Positions 13,871 through 29,044 of a stretch of DNA of 64,000 bases are shown here, in pieces; within the stretch, counting starts at the first letter, position 1; every line of letters begins with the position of its first letter. Below the pieces are notes generated by a model that saw nothing but the letters and a program-made list of their open reading frames with translations, ran no database searches and was not told the DNA's origin. The translations under genes and the position numbers were made by a program. This DNA is from Eledone cirrhosa (lineage: Eukaryota). The stretch covers positions 34,038,001 to 34,102,000 of the forward strand of contig OZ024760.1 in assembly GCA_964016885.1 (NCBI GenBank), given 5' to 3'.

Positions 13871-13916
<46 letters not shown>

Positions 13917-14299
13917 TGTATGTATGTATGTATGTATGTATGTATGTATGTATGTATGTATGTATGTATGTACGTATGTATGTATCTATGTATGTAAATA
14001 TACACACACATATATATATAGATTGCCAATTTCCGCTTGAATAAATATTAGTTTTTTCAATATACAAATTTAACACCCTCTTTTAATCATATGTATACTC
14101 TAAATTATATATTTATTCAACGGTCAAATATCCAGAAGAAAATTGACAGGAAGTGGCATGCCTTATATTTGGCAGTTATATGAAATTTGAAATGACAAGA
14201 TATACCCGGACGTAGTATTTGATTTACAGTACTCCCTGGATATAATTTAGATTATCATCGTTTTCATTATTATCTGCACACTTTATCGAACTCGCACTG

Positions 14300-14332
<33 letters not shown>

Positions 14333-14384
14333 ATTAAGAAGCGATTGTCTAATGTCATGAAGTATCTATTCTCAAAAATTAAAC

Positions 14385-15855
14385 TCTCTCATTACCATAT
14401 TTCTAATGAAAGACACTGTCTATGTCATTAATCCTTTCATTACCATATTTATAATGACATAGACAGTGTCTTTCATTGGAAATATGGTAATGAAAGGATT
14501 AATGACATAGTCAGTGTCTTTCATAGAAATATGGCAATGAAAGGATTAATGACATAGACACTGTCTATGTCATTAACCCTTTCATTGCCATATTACTAAT
14601 GAAAGACACTGTCTATGTCATTAACCCTTTCATTACCATATTTCTGATGAAAGACACTGTCTATGTCATTAACCCTTTCATTACCATATTTCTAATGAAA
14701 GACACTGTCTATGTCATTAACCCTTTCATTACCATATTACTAATGAAAGACACTGTCTATGTCATTAACCCTTTCATTACCATATTTCTGATGAAAGACA
14801 CTGTCTATGTCATTAACCCTTTCATTACCATATTTCTAATGAAAGACACTGTCTATGTCATTAACCCTTTCATTACCATATTTCTAATGAAAGACACTGT
14901 CTATGTCATTAACCCTTTCATTACCATATTTCTAATGAAAGACACTGTCTATGTCATTAACCCTTTCATTACCATATTTCTAATGAAAGACACTGTCTAT
15001 GTCATTAACCCTTTCATTACCATATTTCTAATGAAAGACACTGTCTATGTCATTAACCCTTTCATTACCATATTTCTAATGAAAGACACTGTCTATGTCA
15101 TTAACCCTTTCATTACCATATTTCTGATGAAAGACACTGTGTATGTCATTAACCCTTTCATTACCATATTTCTAATGAAAGACACTGTCTATGTCATTAA
15201 CCCTTTCATTACCATATTCCTAATGAAAGACACTGTCTATGTCATTAACCCTTTCATTACCATATTTCTAATGAAAGACACTGTCTATGTCATTAACCCT
15301 TTCATTACCATATTCCTAATGAAAGACACTGTCTATGTCATTAACCCTTTCATTACCATATTTCTAATGAAAGACACTGTCTATGTCATTAACCCTTTCA
15401 TTACCATATTTCTAATGAAAGACACTATCTATATCATTAACCCTTTCATTACCATATTCCTAATGAAAGACACTGTCTATGTCATTAACCCTTTCATTAC
15501 CATATTTCTAATGAAAGACACTGTCTATGTCATTAACCCTTTCATTACCATATTCCTAATGAAAGACACTGTCTATGTCATTAACCCTTTCATTACCATA
15601 TTTCTAATGAAAGACACTGTCTATGTCATTAACCCTTTCATTACCATATTTCTAATGAAAGACACTATCTATATCATTAACCCTTTCATTACCATATTCC
15701 TAATGAAAGACACTGTCTATGTCATTAACCCTTTCATTACCATATTTCTAATGAAAGACACTGTCTATGTCATTAACCCTTTCATTACCATATTCCTAAT
15801 GAAAGACACTGTCTATGTCATTAACCCTTTCATTACCATATTTCTAATGAAAGAC
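14385..15855. repeat. 48-bp minisatellite (about 30 units, with about two inverted units near 14455-14560)
   Basis: Unit TTAACCCTTTCATTACCATATTTCTAATGAAAGACACTGTCTATGTCA. Confidence 0.95.
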
Positions 15856-16064
15856 ATTACATGTGATTTTGAAATAAGTTTGGAAAAATTATGAGGTTTA
15901 CAACAAACTTTTTTCATAATTTATCTGGTGTTTGGTACATATCTTAAATATTCTTACATAAAATTATGATGAAAGATTTAAAAATAATTATAAGCACTTT
16001 AGAATAAACGGTTTGGCACCGTATGACTTGAGGGTGGGAGTAGTGTAAGTTGGTAACGAAAGGG
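15825..16064. mobile_element. TTAA-type MITE whose left end equals the 48-bp satellite unit
   Basis: TIR CCCTTTCATTACCA at 15825 and TGGTAACGAAAGGG ending at 16064, flanked by TTAA and TTAG. Confidence 0.6.
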
Positions 16065-16160
16065 TTAGAAACAGCTGAGACAATCATCAGGATTGTTTGC
16101 GTTTGGTCATATGATGTGTTTTAAAAACATAATACATACAAGAGCCCCCCTTCATTGTGT

Positions 16161-16258
<98 letters not shown>

Positions 16259-16389
16259 GTGTGTGTGAAATTTCTAGGCTTGCGCTTGTGGCAAAAGAGG
16301 GTAATTGGCAATGTGATGTGATGTGACATGAAGCGAGTCCGTTAATGAATAAAGGATCTGGCAAATGCTCGGTGGTGACATTTAAACAG

Positions 16390-16547
16390 CTACTCTCTAA
16401 CGACAAGTATAAACTCTTTGGATTGTTTATAGGAATAAAGCAACTGAGTGACCCGAAGAGCGACCATGCCGCCCCCAAGGGCACACGTTAACCAACCAAA
16501 GATCTTAAAAGCTGGACTGTAACTTCCCATGATCTCTGTTAGTGTTC
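16390..16547 (-). CDS. SLC16/MCT-like transporter, last coding exon (TM12, stop TAG)
   Basis: GTLTEIMGSYSPAFKIFGWLTCALGGGMVALRVTQLLYSYKQSKEFILVVRE*, resembling the MCT G.L.D..GSY..AF motif; ttgcag acceptor; phase 1 joins exon D. Confidence 0.85.
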
Positions 16548-16912
16548 CTGCAAGTAAAGAAAAGATAATCAAACGATAAAACATATTTCAAAATCTTGAA
16601 CCACACACACTGACATGTACACACACACACATACACTGACATGTACACACATACACATACACACACACATACACTGACATGTACACACATACACATACAC
16701 ACACACATACACACACACACACACACAGACACACAGACACACAGACACATACACACACACAGACATACACACACACACAGGCATGTACCCACATATACAC
16801 ACACTTTGAAACTGTTGTATGTTTTATTCAAACGTACAAAAGACTGACAAAAAGGGTGTTTATGTTCAATTATCGTTGCGCATGCGTAGCCAGAGACTTC
16901 AGATGGAAAGTA

Positions 16913-16948
<36 letters not shown>

Positions 16949-17021
16949 ATATATAAGTATATGTGTGTGAGTGTGTTTCTATTGGCAACATGGCCATCCC
17001 CAAATATAACAATTTATATAT

Positions 17022-17100
<79 letters not shown>

Positions 17101-17430
17101 CATACATATACGTGTTTTGCAACGGGTCAGTTTGTGGCTCTATGAAAAGTTAATAAATTAAATAATCAGGGCTATATATCATAAAACATGTCTATAGAAT
17201 CACCAGATAAAATATATACCATTTCCTCTCCCAATTAGCATAATTAACTATATAAAAAATCGAATAGACCAGGCTATAAGAATAAGGCTTCTATGAAGAA
17301 ATCTCCAACAAATAACCGAAACTAGCCCTTCGCGTCGGCCGCGACGGAATATTTATCGAATATTTCGACAGCGTAATCGCGCAGATACGGTCAATTAAAC
17401 AGAATTAGGTGATTCTATAGACATGTTTTA

Positions 17431-17460
<30 letters not shown>

Positions 17461-17461
<1 letters not shown>

Positions 17462-17897
17462 ACGAAGGAAATGTGGTAAGAAACCAGGTGGACCATAACG
17501 CACCAAAGTACTCAATACTCAATACTGATTTTAGTCCAGAATTAGCCGTCGAAACGGCTTGAGCTCAGCCGTCGGGGTAAGAATATTTTCGAAACAGCGA
17601 GTGGGTTTGAAATGATTAGAGATGTAAGCTGTCGCCTTATTTTGACTAAAGAAATTAAAGAAATTATTTAGCCTGATAGTGGGGTGAAGAACCCTCGGAG
17701 AAATGGAAAAAGATGAGTATTGACGTACATGGGAGTCGAACCCACATCTTTGGTTATCCGGACCATTTACACCAACCCATCATGTTGGTTCGACTCCCAT
17801 GTACGTCAATACTCATCTTTTTCCATTTCTCCGAGGGTTCTTAATCCCACTATCAGGCTAAATAATTTCTTTAATTTCTTTAGACAAAATACGGCGA
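17461..17897 (-). mobile_element. tRNA-headed element inserted in (TA)n with an inverted partial duplication at its 5' end
   Basis: Minus strand has A box TGGTGTAAATGG, B box GGTTCGACTCC and T-stem GTGGG/CCCAT. 17788-17897 is an inverted copy of about 17630-17742. Relatives at 18609-18843, 39941-40060 and 58007-58155. Confidence 0.7.
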
Positions 17898-17916
17898 TAT
17901 ATATATATATATCTAT

Positions 17917-18365
17917 CTAAGGCGGGTAAAATTCCCGAGATCCATGGACGAGTTCTCTCCAGCGGTCTCTGTCCCTCATTATCGCTGCCATGTCCTGCGT
18001 CTCCAACAGACCAGTGTCTGTCCTTAGGGCATCAACATACGTTAACCTTGGTCTTCCTCTTCTAATGTGTCTATGTAGGGGCTCCCAAAGGAGCACTGAG
18101 TGCAATGTCAACTCTGGATGTCGGTGAGCATGTCCAGCTAACCTCAGTCTCCTCTGTGTCACTTTTGAGCTGACTTTTGGGATGCTCCCATACAGCTCTG
18201 AGTTTTTCATCCTCAGTGTATACTGATTAATGTTCAGAGCCATCCTCAACATTCTCGTGTAGCACCCATCCACCATCTGAGTGAGTTTCTTGGTCAGTGT
18301 CCAAGTCTCAGACCCATACAGCAGCACAGACTCCATTACAGCAATGAAGAGGCGGACTTTCAGGT
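17917..18365 (-). mobile_element. RTE-clade LINE 3' portion
   Basis: LLYGSETWTLTK...[11 protein letters not shown]...GRPRLTYVD, a typical RTE ORF C-terminus. Confidence 0.8.
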
Positions 18366-18572
18366 CTGGGTATGACATTAAACTACATCCAGTGGCAAGG
18401 CTCCAGCTCGGGAGTTCAGGAGTTGTGGGGAATGTGGAGTTACCCCTTAGTTGTCATGACTCACAGGTCTGCCCTGGCCCGGGGTGGTAGTACCTGTTAG
18501 GGCTCCATTTATGGGTTAAATAACTACCTTATTCGAGTGGCGCCGGTAAGGTATTGTCAACCATTTGAAAAG

Positions 18573-18612
<40 letters not shown>

Positions 18613-19529
18613 AAGTATGACCCCGACGGCAGAGCTCAAGCCGTTTCGACGGCTATTTCTAGACTAAATTAGAATTTTTAGCCTGGTTAAAAATTCTAAT
18701 TTAGTCTAGAAATAGCCATCGAAACGGCTTGAGCTCTGCCGTCGGGGTCATACTTTTTCCTATTACCCACTCTACTACTCTAAGTATTGAGTATTCTGGT
18801 GCGTTATGGTCCATCTGGTTCCTTACCACAATTCCTTCGTTATATATATATAAACTTTAATCTGTTATTTTAATAAATATATATATATATATATTGTATT
18901 TATATATATATATATATATATATATGAAAACAGGGAGAATAAGACGATTATTAGGAAGAAAAATATATTTTTGTTTCCCTTTTTATTTATTTCTATCTTT
19001 TTTCTGGGTTAGAAAATGATTAAAACGAAATATTTTACTTTGTGTGAAGTGTTAAGGTATTAGTTGATTTATTTATTAATTAACAATGGCATTTATATAT
19101 ATATATATATATATATAAATTTTAGTACAGCATAGACGAAGCTCTAGTATACGGCCAAGCTAGCGTGTATGCTTATTCGGTTTGTAGCTTTAGCACTCAT
19201 ATGAGGTAAGACCCCAGAGTATAACATTATGTTCAGACAGCTTAGCAAATTAGATATAGCAGTCGGCAGTCCGACCGCATCACTAGAGCAACGAAAATAC
19301 AGGACCCAGGTAAAGATTTTTTACTGACCTGGACATAACGCTGAGGCTGGGTGTAAAATATACAATCCACATGGTGTTTCCACAATATTGATCGCAAAAT
19401 CGCACGCAGCGACAGCGTTAAGTTTCTGCAAATCCATGATCGACAAATTCCTATTGCAAGAACAATGATATATATATATATATATCATTGTTCTGTGTCG
19501 TTTGTTTTGTTATTTTTTACTTTTTACTC

Positions 19530-19563
<34 letters not shown>

Positions 19564-19697
19564 GCAGAGGTTATATTTAATTTGTTGGGATTCAACAAGC
19601 TTAAAAAATGTTATAACTGATATAAAGCACTCATCAGTTTAGTGGAGTAAATACACAATATATTAATAAATGGAAACTATATTTATAAAACCATATT

Positions 19698-19761
19698 TAT
19701 TTTACTATACATATTTCAAGGGCCACCAAGGCAAATTATTGTGCTCTCATCAGATAAAATA
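19698..19761 (-). ncRNA. Minimal hammerhead ribozyme
   Basis: UAUUUUAU-CUGAUGA-GAGCAC...GUGGCCCUU-GAAA-UAUGUA-UA^-GUAAAAUA; stem II is imperfect. Confidence 0.6.
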
Positions 19762-19904
19762 CAGATATGTTTTATAAATAAATATTGACATACCCGGAAA
19801 AAAAGACAACCTTAATGGTTGGAGCTTCCTGGATTGGTGGCCCTTGAAATATGTATAATAAAATAAATATGGTTTTATAAATATAGTTTCCATTTATTAA
19901 TATA

Positions 19905-19994
<90 letters not shown>

Positions 19995-20210
19995 TTTGTT
20001 TGTTTGTTTGTTTACACCTTGTTTATCTCTCGTAACCCAGTGGTTCAACAAATAGAGATCGATAAAATAAGTACCAGACTTGAAAACATAAGCACTGATT
20101 GACTGAATCTCTTGAAGGCGGTGCCCCAGCTTGACCACACTCAAATGACTGAAACAAGTAAAAGAAGGAAAGAAAATGTATGTACATAAACACACATACT
20201 CACATACACA

Positions 20211-20350
<140 letters not shown>

Positions 20351-20587
20351 TATACATACACTTATATAAATGTAAGTATGTATGAATGTATACCTACATA
20401 CATATATGTATACAGACGTACAGTAATATGTATATATATACATACATGCACACATATATATATATGCACGTATCGGTTTACCGAATATTTATTTTAATGC
20501 TCGGTTTGTTTGTAAACAAACAGCCCGAACTACGCCGTACAGTGTTTAGGCAACCACGTCACCTTTTTGTTCAACACTGACACAGGA

Positions 20588-20630
20588 ACGATGTACTAGT
20601 TTCAAGCTTATTAGCTATCGTCAGCATCGT
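20588..20630 (-). ncRNA. Minimal type I hammerhead ribozyme
   Basis: ACGAUG-CUGACGA-uAGCU aaua AGCUu-GAAA-CUAG-UA^-CAUCGU, inside a roughly 320-bp (TA)-flanked element (20466-20790). Confidence 0.78.
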
Positions 20631-22479
20631 ATACCTTCCTGCCAGATGGTTGAACGTCTGAAAGTATATACTTTCCTTATTCATATTAACGGTTGAGCAG
20701 CCTAATTCGCATATCGAGTGAGTTTAGTTGGCCGGGCGCACCGAAAACGATAAATGGAATAGAATGAAACGAAATTTCATTTCTCACTCTTAGTACTTAC
20801 ATATATACTTATATATATATACTTATATACACATCGATCGTGCCTCGAGCTGGTCGCCATAGAAACGATTGTAATATGTCGAATAAATTCTATTCGTCGC
20901 AACACTGATTCTCTTTATTTTCTGTGATATCATACTCTGGTCTATGAGACCATCGAGTGCTCATACGGCCTACCGCATACGGATGCTTTAAGCATCCAAC
21001 ACCAATTACTTATATATATATATATATTTATTTATTTAAAAATATGCTCAGCGTTTACGAATTCAAATTACAACATCATTAATAAAGAAAGAGGGAGAAA
21101 AAAGAAAGAGAGAGAAAAAAAAGAGAAAAATGAACCAACATCATAACCTTTTATATTTTATATTTTCTCTCTTTCATTTTCTATCTTTCTATTTCTTTCC
21201 CTAAATTTATTTCATCTCTTACATTATATCTTATCGTATTATTTTCACTCCTAATATAACTTACAATTAATTAATTGATTAATTATTTATTTAATTAATT
21301 TATTAATTTAACTAATACATATATGAATATATTTAACATTTTTCATGTTTATACCATCATATCTCTATATTTTAACCACCAACACCACAACTACTCTCAA
21401 TAATCATAGTATGTTTACTTTTCACATATCAAATTTTTTTATTTATTTTTTATCATATTTTGTATTATTTTTATCATCCTCCTTTTAACTTATTTATTAA
21501 CATTTATTCATTTATTATTATTACCTTTATTATTTTTTTTTTCTATTTTTCTTTTTTTTCTTTTTCCTTATCTTTTATCTTTTTTCTCTCTGTCTTTTTT
21601 CTCTATATCTTTCTCTTTTTTTCTTCTTTCTCTCTTTTTTCTCTTTTTTTCTCTCTCTTTCTTTTTTTTCTATCTCTCTTTCTTTATTAACGATGTTGTA
21701 ATTTGAATTCGTAAACGCTGAGTATATTTTTAACAGTCCCTTCTGATGATCTGGTTAAGCTAACAGCGTATTTAAAATTGAGTGGCACAGCTTCAAGTGT
21801 TCAGCAATTTTTAGACAACTTAATCAGTGAAACAATCGTTAATACTGTAAATAAAACCCCTTTTTTGTACTGTTGAGCATGTTATTCTTCACTCTTTCAA
21901 TATTATTACTCCAAGATAAACTTACATAGGAATTCCCGAGAAATCACAAACTCGCCACCTACGGAAACCCCTTGTTGAGTCAAACAACGCCGTACGCTAA
22001 AACTATCCACAATACGGAGAGTATTCACAACCTCTAATTGGATTACCTATAACGATATTATGTTATCCCTTATATTTATTTATTTATATATATACTTATA
22101 TATAATAAAATATAAAAGAAAAATGAACACAGACATATACATATATGTGTTCAAATCGTAAGGGACCGGATTCGCTCAGGTGAATAGTTGTCTATAGTTA
22201 GTATTCTTTTCACCTTAGCGAATCTGGTTCCTTACGATTTGAACACATATATGTATATGTCTGTGTTCGTTTTTCTTTTATATTCTATTATAATATACGG
22301 CTCGGAAATATCTCTTTCTTAGAGCTATTTTATTGTAAGAGACTATTTTGAGTTCCTAACTCAATATATACCTTTGATTAAGAGAAGTGGGGGCGGGGCG
22401 GATAAAAAGAAGGAAATCGTGTGAATTAGTAATTCTGATATCTCGTCTATTGTCTTTGATAACCTTACACAATATAGCT

Positions 22480-22935
22480 GCCTCGTGTCACACAAGCTCC
22501 ATATACTAACCACGTCCTCGTTGCACAACCCACATCATATACAAGCCACGTCGTCATTACACAGTCAGGATCATATGCAAGCCACGTGGTAATTACACAG
22601 TCAGGATCATATACAAACCACGTGGTCATTACACAGTCAGGATCATATACAAACCACGTGGTCATTACACAGTCAGGATCATATACAAACCACGTGGTCA
22701 TTACACAGACAGGGTCATATACAAACCACGTGGTCATTACACATTCAGCGTCATATACAAGCCACGTGGTCATTACACAGTCAGGATCATATGCAAGCCA
22801 CGTGGTCATTACACAGTCAGGATCATATGCAAGCCACGTGGTCATTACACAGTCAGCGTCATATACAAGCCACGTGGTCATTACACACACAAGCTCCTTA
22901 TACAAGCCAGGTCATTACAGTCAGGGTCATATAGA
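22480..22935. repeat. 36-bp minisatellite (about 12 units)
   Basis: Unit CACGTGGTCATTACACAGTCAGGATCATATACAAAC. Confidence 0.92.
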
Positions 22936-23271
22936 AGTCACAGTGAGCGTCAGACAGAAATCGAATGAGATGGTTGGGTCATGTGAAGAGGAAGGGTGCA
23001 AGTGAGTGAAGGGGGAGGAATGATGGAAATGAATGTGGAGGGAGATAGAAATATGGGGAGATGGTGGAGGAAATGAAAGCCAGAATATTGAAGGCGAATG
23101 CATTCAATATGGTAGGGAAAATAACCTTAAAGTACTTGTTGTTGTTGTTAGGGGCCGACCAAACCTGAACTGCCCCGGGCCCCACATTGTCTAAACCTAC
23201 CCAAGCCACCCACCCCCCGATATTTAACCCTACCCAGAGCCCCACATTGTCTAACCCTGCCTCGTGGTCCC

Positions 23272-23462
23272 GGTGGATTGGTAGTATCGGTAGAGGGTCG
23301 GACGCCATGCTTTGACGCATAGAGTTACGGCCCTTGCCATTTTGAGTTCAAATCCCGCCGAGGTTAGCTTTGCCTTTCATCCTTACGAGGTCGATAAAAT
23401 AAAGTACCAGTAATACACTGGGATAATTGCTGGCCTTGTGCCAAAAGTAGAAACAATTATAT
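23272..23462 (+). mobile_element. tRNA-derived SINE
   Basis: GGTGGATTGGTAGTATCGGTAGAG...GAGTTCAAATCCCG...CTTTGCCTTTCATCC core. A closely related minus-strand copy is at 44140-44322 and another plus-strand copy at 35160-35375. Confidence 0.75.
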
Positions 23463-23617
23463 TGAGTTCACCAACGAAAGACACACATTTCTTGAAAAGA
23501 GCTTCATAACTTATGTTTCTCCTTCAAAGTCCCCCCTCTCTCTCTCCATCCTATCTCACCCTTTCTCTCTCACTTTGCATGTTATTGCATGTACAAGGGA
23601 TGTTCTGTATGTGTGTA

Positions 23618-23665
<48 letters not shown>

Positions 23666-23903
23666 GGTGTGATTGTTTCTCTGCATTGTCTGTTTTTATG
23701 TCTTGGTCATATGCATGTGTGTGTATGTATGTATGTATGTATGTATGTATGTATGTATGTATGTATGTATGTATGTATGTATGTGTGTGTGTATGTATGT
23801 ATATATGCATAAGTTTCTTAGTGTCATCTCTTCTAGCACTGTCATTTGTCTCCCTAACACACACACACATACACACACACATAAACATTCACACACACAC
23901 ACG

Positions 23904-24025
<122 letters not shown>

Positions 24026-24292
24026 CATACACACATGGGTGTATGTGTACACATATATATGCAAAACACATATCACACACACACACTCAAACATACACAC
24101 CACATCCTACTCTGCTTCAGCTACATTAAGTTCTGTAATCTGTTCCCATTTTTACAGCAGCAGCTCTCTCAGAACATGTCCTCAAACACACGGATTTCGT
24201 TTTGAATTACAATACATCTCTCTCTGAATAATACCGAATACAAATTTGACCGAACGTATACACACACACACTTACACACATATATATATATA

Positions 24293-24387
<95 letters not shown>

Positions 24388-24464
24388 TACATACAAACAT
24401 AGTCATAATATACATAATTGTACATACATATACACTTACAAACATCGGAGTTTTACATCTCTCC

Positions 24465-24563
<99 letters not shown>

Positions 24564-24647
24564 TAAGTTTGTCCCGGGTTCAATCGGGGGTAACCACAGT
24601 AAGTAGGGTACTCAATACATACATACATACATACATACATACATACA

Positions 24648-24702
<55 letters not shown>

Positions 24703-24948
24703 TTCGTTTCTGAATTTGTTTAGCAAGATTCTTTATCTGAAATCGTGTGTTGAAACCGATATTGTTATACTTTGGGAGGGTCATGTTGCCAATAAGAAAC
24801 ACACGCACCAGTTGCTTTCACTTCAATTTATTATATATTTATAAGTTTGTAGATTTGTAAATTTATAAATTTATAAATATATAATAAATTGAAGTGAAAG
24901 CAACTGGTGCGTGTGTTTCTTATTGGCAACATGACCCTCCCAAAGTAT

Positions 24949-25005
<57 letters not shown>

Positions 25006-25421
25006 AAATGAAAACACACACACACATAGAACAAACAACCAACCAGAAACATGTAAATAAACAAATAAAAACACACACAGACACACGGATGTAACACATG
25101 CGCAAACTAAGCACACAGCACACACAAAAACAAGATGGCATAGGACAGAACAAAGGAGAGGCACAAAACAAAGAAAAGAATCCCCAGTCACTGAAGAGGT
25201 CACAGAAAGAACTTTGACAATATATGAACAACCGTCCGGTTTTGGAACCAACCAATCAACCGAAAATTTATAAATTTTTTGAAAAAAAAAAGTAACTGGT
25301 GCGTGTGTTTCTTATTGGCAACATGACCCTCCCAGAGTCTAACAATATATATAGAAGACCAATTAGAAGACCAACGGAAACATTGTTCCCTCGGTCCGAT
25401 TTGACGAAAGTCGATCGTTCC

Positions 25422-27310
<1,889 letters not shown>

Positions 27311-27668
27311 TATATATATATATATATATACACTATGTATGATGAGATCCAAGGGAAAAGCAATGGCCGATACAGTTTGACGTCACATTTGAAACCCGGG
27401 TAGCAACAACTCTGTGGAGAATTTGTTTATGAGTGATTTGGAGTAACATGAAATAAAGTGTCTTGTTCAAGGATACAAGGGATCACCCCGGTCCAGGATT
27501 CGAACTCACAACCCTCACGATTGTGGACCCAATGTTTTGACCCCTTCACAACAATATATATAGTATACCATAAACAAGAAAGAAAGAAAGAAAGAAAGAA
27601 AAAGAGAAGGAAAGAAAGAAAAGAAGGGCAAAATATGCTGTGTGTGTGTGAGAGAGTGTTTGTGTATG

Positions 27669-27700
<32 letters not shown>

Positions 27701-27717
27701 AGTGTGTGGTTATTTAC

Positions 27718-28228
27718 CTGATGTGTATGAGACTATAAACATAACAACACCCATCGCAGTTCCAGTGAAACCCAAACCAGACGAATACTTTTCCGGTCCC
27801 AGCGTTTCCATGGCGACCGTCGTGTAGACCGCTGTTACCATGCCAATGGCGACGCCGAGGAATGCCGATATACCGAACAGACTTTCCAAGGTGGAGAAGA
27901 GCGGGAACATGGCCAACGCCAACCCGGCCACTACGACACTCACTGATTGGACGTCCCAAGCGGTCACCGTTTGGTATGCCATGATTGCCATAGCAACAAC
28001 ACCTCCAGGTATTGACCCTATGCCGTACATGAAAAGCATATTAGCACCGTCGTCTTCATCGATGCCCTTCTCGCGGGCATAGTCCACCATGAAGGTGACG
28101 AAAATCAAGAGACTGCTGTAGACAAAACAGGTGACCAACACGTAATACAAGAAAGTGAGGTTCTTCAAGATGGAGACATCAAACAGTTGGTCCGGAAGCA
28201 GTTTTTTACTCTTCAGAATCGGTTTCTC
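27718..28228 (-). CDS. SLC16/MCT-like transporter, exon D (short loop, TM7-TM11)
   Basis: EKPILKSKKLLPDQLFDVSILKNLTF...DYAREKGI...LGPEKYSSGLG...SYTSG; ccatcag acceptor and G|GTAAAT donor; phase 0-1. Confidence 0.92.
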
Positions 28229-28334
28229 CTGATGGAAAAAACACAGAAAGAAAACATTTTAAAAAATCAAAAACAAACGAAAAAATAGAGAGCGAGTGAA
28301 TAAAGTGAGAGAGAGAGAGCGTATGTGTACTGAT

Positions 28335-28655
28335 AGGAAGGCACTCCGTCGGTGACAACGACGAGTGTTGATCTGATCAACGGAACTGCCTGCACGAGAA
28401 ATTAACATATAAGTGGCTGAGCATTCCACAGACACGTGTATCCTTAACGTAGTTCTCAGGGAGATTCAGCGTGACACATAATGTGACAAGGCTGGTCCTT
28501 CGAATTACAGGTACAACTCATTTTTGCCAATTGAGTTGACACTGGAGTAACGTGAAATAAAGTGTCTTGCTGAAGGACACAATGTGCCGCTGGAATTGAA
28601 TTCACGACTTTACGATTGTGAGCCGAATGACCTAACCACAAAATCATGTGCCTTC
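28335..28655 (-). mobile_element. tRNA-derived SINE
   Basis: Reverse-complement head GAAGGCACATGATTTTGTGGTTAGG...GTGAATTCAATTCC with the CAAGACACTTTATTTCAC core. Confidence 0.7.
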
Positions 28656-28680
28656 ACGTATGTATATTACATAACAGACA

Positions 28681-28774
<94 letters not shown>

Positions 28775-28900
28775 CATATATATATGTATATAAATAAAAT
28801 GGCGGGCTGTGTGGTTGCATATATATATATATAAAGAGAGAGACACAAAAAAAAGGAAAAAAAAAATTTTTCTTCCTCATAATCGTCTCTTTCTCCCTGT

Positions 28901-28976
<76 letters not shown>

Positions 28977-29044
28977 GTGAGGTTTTTTTTACAAAATGAA
29001 AAATAACCGAGGTGTCCTACACGAGTGAAAGTATAAAGAAAAAA

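Noticed and set aside
14599-15894. 431-aa ORF of 16-aa repeats
   Set aside because: A by-product of a stop-free 48-bp satellite, with no unique domain or splice context.
17722-17778. Functional tRNA gene
   Set aside because: It has A and B boxes and a T-arm, but no complete acceptor stem or anticodon arm. Treated as a SINE-like head.
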